A stretch of DNA of 64,000 nt from assembly GCA_965285935.1 (NCBI GenBank), contig OZ260661.1, forward strand, positions 128,402,001 through 128,466,000. Direction: 5' to 3'. The position numbers and the translations under genes were made by a program. The notes under the pieces were generated by a model. The model had not been told where the DNA came from and ran no database searches. It saw only the letters and a program-made list of their open reading frames with translations. Below, piece after piece: positions 54,700-64,000 of the stretch; within the stretch, counting starts at the first letter, position 1, and each line of letters begins with the position of its first letter. Source of the DNA: Ophelia neglecta (lineage: Eukaryota).

Positions 54700-55040
54700 T
54701 GCATGATGTAAATGCGGTCGATGTGAATATCGTTGTAGCCAGGAGACGTGTAGGTATTGGTTCCATTGACAAATTGATTAGAAGCTTTGAGAATTATCCT
54801 CCTGTCTCTGTCTACCATTTGACCGAGTAACACACTGTATTTTCCTAGCACATAAAAATAATCGGACCTTTATATTTTTTATATTGATATGCGAATTACC
54901 AAATAAATATATGATGTAAAACAAAATCATCACCTGTATGATATGATTACAACTAAGGGTCGGCTCGTGGGGTGGATGTATCGTAAAACTTACCTTGACG
55001 TCCTTGTTATTCAACAGAATATGGGCTCTACCTTGTCTTA
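54700..55040 (-). mobile_element. LINE APE endonuclease C-terminal relic
   Basis: FTIHPP, IYLFGNSHINI and NQFVNG..TYT...IHIDRIY follow the order YRPP, I...GDFNIN, L.Q.V..PTR.T....IDHIY. Confidence 0.45.
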
Positions 55041-56349
55041 TCAACAGTAACGTGCTGAAAAAACCTGTAGAAAAACATGATTACCATCTTGTTTCTGTGA
55101 CTGAGGCATTTTAAAAGGTACGATACGTTAGTTCTTCTGTCTTATACTTAAACAAGTCTATTATCTGAGAAATTTTGCAATATGTACTTTAGAGTATAAA
55201 ATATAATGACATATACAGTAAACAGCGCATGGTTTATGGCAGAATCGGCCGATCTGCATGTAATGAGGTGAAGATATGTGGGATGTCCTTTCTGAACTAC
55301 ACCCAGTGGAGCTGACACTAACTCCCAGGACCGTGTACGTCAGGTTTGCCTCAGATCAACAAGGTCTCGTGTGGAATTAAGTCTCTCACGAAATGTCCGG
55401 GATCACTTAAACACTGTCTCCGTTAGAGGCATGCTATATAACAGCATTGATTCAGTATATCAAGCTAAGGAACCAAACGCACAGAACATCTAAAATTGGT
55501 TATCTAATTTACTGAAACTTCCGGCATCGGCGGCTCTAAACTGCATACATGTGTTAAACATACCAGTGTCTCGTTCTTTATCCAGTCGTACCAATGACTA
55601 AAAAATGTCGACATTTAGGGTGCAGTGCATTGAGTAGAGTGGTAAAGGCTAAACATGGATTGAGAATTTATTATCGCTTCCTAGAGATTTTACGAGTGGA
55701 CCTCGATTCCTTTTGTCCGCCGCTAGGACTTAATGTCACTGATTAGAAGATACATGCACGGTTAATGGCATTCACGGCTAGTGTGGATGTTTGTCATGGC
55801 TTTCACATTTTATATTTGGGTTCTGTCGGTGTTATTTGCTATCTATCTTTCTGTCGCAAATGATATTATTGAATTTCATATTTTACTAACTTGTCTCTAG
55901 ATATATTTCCATGTCAAAATGGGCGGGCAGTACCAACAGCAGGACAAGTCTACGGCGTGCTCAATACTACAAGTGAATCAATTGTCAAACCTTCCTGCAG
56001 CTTGTCTCCTTTATCGAGTCGTACCAATGATGAGACTCGAATTAGCTAATACCAGCTAATGTCTCCCAAAAGAGAGCCGTACGTTACGTATTGGAATAAA
56101 GACTTGGCAGGGATTGAGGAAATATAACCGATACAAGATGTAAGTGGATGAAATACGTTGATAATGAAGACTCTTGGGGACTAACGCACCAGTCGTCTTT
56201 GGCCTGCGAGTGACCCTCATTAGTGCTGTTTGTCGTCGGGATACGTTATTTTTTACATATGTGGAATTCCCTGTGGGCAATTTGCGAATCCTTACTATTC
56301 ATCCACTTTATATCATTAACGTCATTTGTAGTTTATGCTGTTGCACATG

Positions 56350-56861
56350 TTCATCACTGCCAGACGACACTGCCCGCTGTGCTCAGTGTTTGACTAGAAA
56401 ATTGACTAAGATCATTTAATTGCGTCTTTAAGATGTTTTAATGTGAAGTACGAAGTGTCTTAGCAAACCAGCTCAATAATATGGTTTTAGGTAGTCCGCC
56501 TCAGTTTATTGTATCGGGTATTTCTGGAAGAACCATAGTGGTAGATACGGCTTGGCACAATCCTCTGTGGTCTTCACCATCCCTTCTGTCCGGTAGGACA
56601 TTAATTCCAATAGATTGCCTCCTCGTCTATCAATCCTGGTCTTTGGTCTTGAAGAATCCTAATCTGAGTTTACATGTTCTTAGTCCTTTGTGTTTTTTGA
56701 AGCAATTGTGTCATCAAGTCATTATCCCTAGCCACGAATCTAGCGTTCACTTTATCGGCCGAAGATCAGTTGAACCAGAGAGAATATCTTTGTCCTGTAG
56801 GCCTGAATTGATGATGGCCAAAATATCCTCATTAGTATTGATTGACTGGCTTGGGCGGCAT
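56350..56861 (-). mobile_element. LINE ORF1 relic (coiled coil plus L1-ORF1p-like RRM type)
   Basis: Starts MPPK at 56861. Frameshifted translation gives a helical segment NEDILAIINSGLQD...LMTQLLQK, then TRRQSIGINVLPDRRDGED (cf. EQYSRRN.LRI.G.PE..GED), PKTILLSWF (cf. PRPIIVKF) and LNDLS (cf. INEDLT). Confidence 0.6.
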
Positions 56862-57240
56862 TGTAAATAGGCTGTGGACGTCGCTAGAGAGGGGATTGAT
56901 TAGAGTATAGAGGGCTACTTAAAAGAGAGCTGAATCACACCCGTGGGCGATAATCAGGTGGGTTTACAGATCGGCATATCATTAAAAGTGATACCGAGAT
57001 GTGTAAATGCAGTTTTTAACAAACAAACTTTCATAATAATGCCTTTTATTAAAATCAGCCAAAGGCATATAACGCCGTGAGAATTTGAATATATTCCAAG
57101 AAAATAATATTTACTTGCGCGTGTTTGTTAAAACAGGACAGTCAAACGGAGGCTAGAAAACACAATTGACTCATACAGTGTCCGACACGTTTGACAGGTA
57201 TGCGAATAGTAAATTCTCGATGCTTTATTTGTACGAGGCT

Positions 57241-57335
57241 ACTCCAATATCCCCGCCCAACTCCACCAGCCTCCGATATAATGCCCCCGATTCCCCCACC
57301 AAACAGCTCCATTCTCCGATATAACGTCCCCAATT
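57241..57335. repeat. Repeated ctccgatataa motif, probable MITE subterminal remnant
   Basis: ctccgatataa occurs twice, plus a variant ctccaatat, in a C-rich tract; no partner TIR found. Confidence 0.35.
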
Positions 57336-60300
57336 AATAAACCTTTGGGCTTATTGCCCACCCTTTTTTATTATCCAACCCAGGGCTGGTTAGGACGAGA
57401 CAATGTGATATCGAATGAATAGTCCACAGTACATTTCGGAATAGAAAGTTCCAGGCAATATTTACTGTGTAACTTAATTACATTTAGTCCATATTAATAT
57501 CCTAATAAGAAGAATTTTTGTTACAAAGGAACAATTTATCTTTCTGGCATCGTTATTTAAATATGTGGTTTTCGTCCACTGAAAGGAGTGTAGATGATGA
57601 ATATATTATTTGGGGTGTTCGTCACCATGGATCACGAATACATGCTTGTTGACATACCAACTCATAATGTTTAGAGTAATAGGGTAAGCTAGGGCATTGC
57701 ATATATCTTCTACTAAAACAGTAATACCAACAGCCACTTCAAACTGACTTGTTTAAAACCCAACTGTATAAGATTTTATTGTCTTGTTTAAATATGTAAC
57801 TGAGTCCTATTCTTGTCAGTCTAACGATTAACGTGCGTAAGCGGGATTGGACTGTTGTCGTTACTTATTAATGTTAAGTATCGTAATTGTATATAATTCC
57901 CCATGACCAATAAACAACGATAACAAACCGAGCCATTGGTGTTTTTGTTTACAAAACTTCGTCTTATTATACACTAATTAATAATTATCCCAATTCTCCA
58001 CTTTATGAACATACTGTGGTAAAATTGAATCATCCTTTTTGGAAAACTTCCATTCTATGAGAGTCCTTTTGTACTGATGTTCTATGCCCCAATTAATAAA
58101 AACTTATGTGAAATGAGCAGTTAAACCAATTGTGATAGGTTATGCCTGACAATAATGTTTAAAGGGTGACTCTTATAGGGGTTTTGTATATTCAATACAT
58201 TAATTCTGCATCTCTTATTCAAAATACATGAATATTCAGGTTGCAGTAAAATTAATAGGAACTTTTAATTGCCGCGCAAATAAAATGGCCACTTAATTTA
58301 AAATTAAATATATTTCAATTTTATTTTGTGCATTTGCTATATCTTAAACATAAAGTCTTTAGGCCAACCTAGCGCTTTATGCAGATTGTTGTTGTAACAT
58401 GAGAAAAATGACGTCGAATATCTTTCATATAACATCTCCGAGATAGGAGATATAGTAAGTTCCCTGCTAACTGAACATGATCTTTTTATATACGAGAGTG
58501 TAAGCTCTCCCTAATGTAACAAGTGCTTAGTCAATATTAATGTAAAAAGCACATCAATCTGGAGCAGGCTCCGGAAACAAACCTAATTTTATTTCCCCCA
58601 CCGTGTAAAATTGGCCGAGTTGCTTTATATGCAATTATTCAACATCCTTTCGTGACAACGCGGCTGCCTGCTTTTCAAATAAGAGAGCTTTTTTTCTGTT
58701 TGTATAGAGCTTGGTTAAAAAAAGGATGGTGATGCATTGGATTTAGTTCGTCTAGGTGAATATTTTACCCATTTGCGCATTTTAATGTAACTTTGTACGA
58801 CGTTAAGATCTGCTCTTTGCCTGAAACACGATACTGATGAAAAGCGGAAGTGTGATTCGAAGAATGTTATTAGAACATTACATATGGTTCATAATCAAAT
58901 ACCTTAAGTATGCGACATAAACACTAGGCATTATTACAGAATCTGTAATACAGCAATTCAGCCGAGTGTCTTTTCCTGGTAGACGCCGACCCTACCTGCT
59001 AGACAGTTCGAATTGAAATAATCGAAGAAAGCTGTGCGGCGTCTGAGATGAGGGCCATGACTGTCGTGTGCAAATAGAAGTCCACTGGTTAACCTTCAAA
59101 GGTCAAATGCCACACAATGACATTTATAAAAGCATGTAAAAGATATCTGGAACCGATCACCTAGGATAAATTTTTGGACTAAGGCATCGAAAAGCAAATA
59201 ATTCTCTTTGTAGGCAGCCTCTAACAGGGACATTAAACGGAAATTATTTCAACCAGGATTATTAATATAGCATTATTCATAAAATCGTATCATTAAGTTT
59301 CAAGGTCTAGCCTGCGAATATCATTGCCAAGCAACATAAATATAAATATGAAGGGGATGCTGTATTAATATTGAACCTGTTTTAACATAGTAAATATGGT
59401 TGTTTACTGAGGAAATTGCTAGAGTTTGCATTCGGGAAGTAGCTCTGAAATATATTTCCGTCTGTGGGTTGCCTGAAGTGAAATCTATTTTTAAAATGGG
59501 CTCTGACGACGACCCGTAGAGTTATGTTATTGCATAAACAAATATCTACGAAAACAAGATTAAATATAGTCCTCTGGCTTCTGCTTACGACATTTCACGA
59601 CTATAGTCTGAACACATAAGATGATAGATATGCTACAAACATAATACTTCTGGTCACCAATAAACACTTAATATAACAAATAGATGTCAGGGGGAAATAT
59701 AATATATCGCATGACAAAATATAAATATGACAACATATGACAAAATATAAATAACGGTTTCGACATGTCCTAAAATGAACTCAAAAGTTTGATTAAATGG
59801 TATTGTTGATACACTCTGAAATTTTAGATAAATCGTATATTCTGGACTAAAAAGACAAACAGCAAAGAGATTATTTGTGACAGTTGATTTAAAATCAGAC
59901 GGGCTGCGATGAATGGTAAAGTTTGCAGTCTTGGACATGCAAATATGATATTGCTTAAAGCATCTGTATCTGAAAAAGTGTCCATTGAGAGAATATTACG
60001 AGCTATGGTAGACATCACAATGCTCCCTATATCGATTTACATTAAGAGTACCACGTAACGGACAGGTTTGTTTACAAACTATCTCGAAACAGTTTGCTCA
60101 TTCTTTGGCTACATATACATGGAAATATAAAATCGCCACGGTCTCTCGGTGTGGGGTTATATATATATAACATATAAACAGTATGGTTCAATTCATTTAG
60201 CATACTTTGGTTAATAAGGCAATAATAAAGGGTCTGGTTATTGTATGGCTAAAAATCGGCTAAAAGACAATATAAGTTCAAGTTAATGCCCCTTGCCCAG

Positions 60301-61049
60301 TGAAACAAATGGAATTAGGGGACGGATGCTTTTACTGGCTGTGGTTACTGATTCCTGGTGAATACGGACCTTTTTTTATGGATCGTTCTCGACTAATGAA
60401 TTTGCCTTGTCTGTCCGGCTTCCATTCCTGTTTTTTTTCTTTTTTGATAATTATACGTTACTTTGAGTTTATATTGGCAAGACTTCATATTGTATAGTGA
60501 AGTCATATATCATCTGCAGCCCATTTCAAACTCGTGACTATTGCGCGAAATGAAGTTAGTTAGTGAATAAACTGGACATTGCATATGTTATTAAAACAAA
60601 GGATACCACACATGTGTAAAAGCATGTATAATACAATGTTCATCACAAACTAAAGGCGAGGTCTCAATTGAATACCAAAGAACACCTATGGCTGTTTTAA
60701 CATGTTCATGTCTCTTGCTTTGCAGAACATTGTTTAATGTGTTGGGGATCATGTATAAGACATATGATGAGGGCTCTACAAGTGATTAGGGCCTCAAAGC
60801 GACGGATATTTGGTTGATAAGCCTCGTTGCTTGACTTGGCAAATGTACGACATCATCAGCATGACAGATCATAGGTCCATGTGGGTTATATGTGTATATA
60901 CACATGATGTATGTACAATGCGAACGCATTATCTGCTCCATAATTACAGCTATATGTTAGGAAGCTTAAGTATGTCTAGCTCGGTTTAGTTGCACACGCT
61001 TTGATTTAGTGTAGCAGTTTAGCATAAAAAATATGAATGACTAGCAGGT

Positions 61050-61190
61050 AACACATTAAGTTCTGTTTTCACAATCCTTGTACTAATGGATGATGCATTC
61101 CAAACCTTGCTGCCGAGTTTTGTCCATTTTCCAAAATTGATGTCGTGTTGTTGGCTTAGGCGATATGTTATGTATTTTGTAAGTAACGAT
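61050..61190 (-). mobile_element. LINE ORF2 C-terminal relic
   Basis: NFGKWTKLGSKVWNASSISTR resembles .YG..S....G.KIWN.LP..IR. Confidence 0.35.
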
Positions 61191-62439
61191 TTCGATGCAG
61201 ATATTACGATTTAGAATCGAGTATTCATAGAGACTTTTTGGTTGAGTTATGCTATGAAGTCTCTTTGAACAGAGGGGTGTGGCTGGTTTTGGGGGTTATC
61301 GATAATTCTCTTGCATTTTAAGAGCTGCCTTTACGAATGTGTACTCCGCCGCTTGTCGATAACGAAAAACTAATATAGCAAGTCTTATGAAACGTTACCT
61401 ATAATTCCATGTTGAGTGCGTTCGGCTGGTCTATCTAAAATTACAAATAGCGGTCAATAGACGGATCCCTGGTTCTTAAACTATATTGTGATTAATTGAA
61501 AAATTCGACTTGAATTTGGGCGACATGAACGGTTATTAGAACGGTTAAGTGCGATTCGGTCATCCTGACTAGTCAGGACACTCGAGGGCATTACCTCACC
61601 ATAGAAGTGTTTCGTGGCAGAGACCCTGACCGATAACAACCACTTAAGCACAATTTGGAAGGGATGTCACCAGACCATTTGTCCAATCATCGCACAGCAG
61701 AGGCCTGTGGGGCAGATGTACTTAGCGTCGTGACATAGGATTTCTACGGCCATCACATAAGGCTGTAAAAGCGACAGAACTCACACGAATGGTACATGCT
61801 GTTCTGACTTGCCAAGATGAGATCCGGAGATCATTATTGGACTGTGACGATACATTATTGTGTAAAACAGTTTAACCGCTTGATACACAGGCTAGCATAT
61901 TGGCGTTTCTTTCTCCAGGCGTGTGGTCCAGGGATCCACCATGTATACGCATTAAGACGATAACGTCAAGTTTCTCATTTGATTCTGTTGACTAACGGAG
62001 ACCAGCTGGCTATTGCCGTCGCGGAATCAGATTATTCTATGACGGATTTAATAGACAAATTCTTGATTAGGGATTTTTTTAATGCATCTGCCGGCAATCT
62101 CCTCTCGTTTCATTATTCCGTCTCCTTTTAAAAGATCATATTTACCAGTCAAAATATCATTTACCGATCATTCGGCTCGGCGATCATTCCAATATGGTAT
62201 CGGACAAGCTACATAAAAAGATTGATTTTGTGCAGCAAGGAAATGTCCTAACATGCTGAAAACAAATTGTCTCTTCCCCATCAATCATACGCTTTGTGTT
62301 TGAATTATATTAGACGCTCAATTCTAAATATTTCTGAGCAAATCTAAGATCTTAAATTGTCCCAGGTGGAACATCATGTTTTTTCATCTCCTTTGTCGTG
62401 ATGTTACTGAGACGACACTCATCGATAACAATATAGTAT

Positions 62440-62660
62440 AAATCAGATTATAGTCCATTTCGAGATGGATAAAGCTTGTTTCCTTGCCGTGGTCTAGCAT
62501 TATGAAGCACCTCAAAAGCGTTGATGGTGAAACGGGATCACAGTAGAAAGAATCCAACGTAAAAGCTGGCTTCATTCGGTTATTCAGCCTCGTTTATCCA
62601 ATTTCCTTGGCGTAAATCAGCCAATTGCTAACTATTTTCAACGATCAATAGCAGGATATT
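62440..62660 (-). mobile_element. LINE ORF2 relic just upstream of the RT domain
   Basis: AIG*..AKEI, then SFYCDPVSPSTLLRCFIMLDHGK; cf. IG..LA..I and SF...PV....V...I..L...KA. Confidence 0.35.
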
Positions 62661-64000
62661 GTTGCCATGTCTTACAGAGTGCCACACGCTTTTCAACTTC
62701 GGCTGGATGGAAAAGTATATGGCGCAAAATTCCACCCCGATCCCCACCAATCCAACCCCGCCAAGCACTCTCGTTAGATACAATTGTAGGAAAACGTATT
62801 TCAAAAACTCGTAGTCAGTTTACATATATTCAAACGGGTTGTTATCTTCACATTTGATTCATCGTATGTGTTTGTAAATTGTTTTCTTTCAATACTAACA
62901 TGCATTATTACTTGCAAAATAGAATGCTCTCTGCCTTTTAGTTTCACCCCTTACTATTGTACAATACTATAACCCTAATACTTAGATAAAGCTCTGTAGT
63001 TTGAATGTATAAAACGCTGGCATATAAACATTACATTACACTTCCATGAGCAAGGATCACATACACTGATGGATCTGTGAAGCGGCGCACTTTAAAGCAT
63101 GATACAAAACTGCATATATACGAGACACATTTACGATTTATGAGAAATTAAGATGTGGCTATGTGGATTATCTTTGGAGTAGGGGTTAGGGTTAATGATA
63201 GACTATTTCAGTTAGGTTCTTAGTAAATAACTACCTCTATTCCTGCGCCAATAAAACACTACATTATTAAATTCATATCTGTTTACCTCGTGAGAGTTTT
63301 GCCACATTCAAATCTTTCGCTGACTTTATTTCAGAATATTTTTACAATGACAGTGTTGTCTCTGACCGAAGGGACGAAGATATTTACATTGCACAATGAA
63401 CCTAAGTAGTTAATTCGCCTGCAGGAAAGTTTTTGCGGAATGTTCCGATAACGATTCCATCAGACGAAAATGCCATCATTTACACTATCTGGGTCCTGTG
63501 TTACATTGCTAAATTATAAATTATACACATTAACCAATCTGTAAGTATATTTTGTGTTCATTTTCCCTCATACAAATTGAATTACCATTTTTCGATCATA
63601 TACGCCTTGTGATTAGGCGCCGTTCAGTCCTGACTTTATATAACAATGGATAATTCCTGGTCATCTTTTTTTTGCATAATCCGATGCCTTTAGTATTTAC
63701 GATATGGAGATATGTAAAGTTTGGTAAGCCCCACCTGCAGAGGTATAACATTAGCCAACTGTTAACTTGCTCTCATGCAGTGGCACGGTTTAATTGATTT
63801 GCGTTTGATGTTATCTTGACATGTTCAAGATGATTAGGAGGACATGGTGGAAAACATACCTTTCTTGATGCTTTAAACCTTTAAACATATGAGCCTTAGT
63901 CTGACAATTAATTCTTATTATGATTCCTAGAACTTTCTAATTTTTTCCCCGTTAAAAAGTCAATTATCACTTGTTTTTAACTTTACTTTTACATAACTTC

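Noticed and set aside
56481-56870. 129-aa + strand ORF as a gene
   Set aside because: It is the antisense shadow of the minus-strand LINE ORF1 relic.
1-64000. A novel multi-gene system (defence, CRISPR-like or retron-like)
   Set aside because: No long ORFs, gene clusters or regular arrays; all RT and endonuclease traces are broken non-LTR retrotransposon relics.

Overview
AT-rich eukaryotic (animal-like) non-coding DNA. I found no intact cellular protein-coding gene, RNA gene, CRISPR array or operon-like structure. Nearly all supplied ORFs are short and look like chance ORFs, or are parts of decayed transposons. What the sequence supports is a dense set of old transposable-element relics. 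These include about 20 degraded non-LTR retrotransposon fragments (L2/Crack/CR1-group and RTE-like ORF1, APE endonuclease, RT and C-terminal motifs) and one better-preserved 5'-truncated LINE at about 46.0-46.6 kb. There are also a PIF/Harbinger-like relic with terminal inverted repeats (TIRs), several MITE-like elements (one carrying telomere-like repeats), SINE-like relics, three unclassified dispersed repeats each present twice, and microsatellites. Between the repeats lie unique blocks rich in developmental transcription-factor motifs, which may be enhancers. The repeat repertoire suggests a marine invertebrate, and the window reads as a gene desert or a large intron (both inference). I cannot support a new multi-gene system here. 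All family calls come from manual translation and alignment by eye, and boundaries are approximate.
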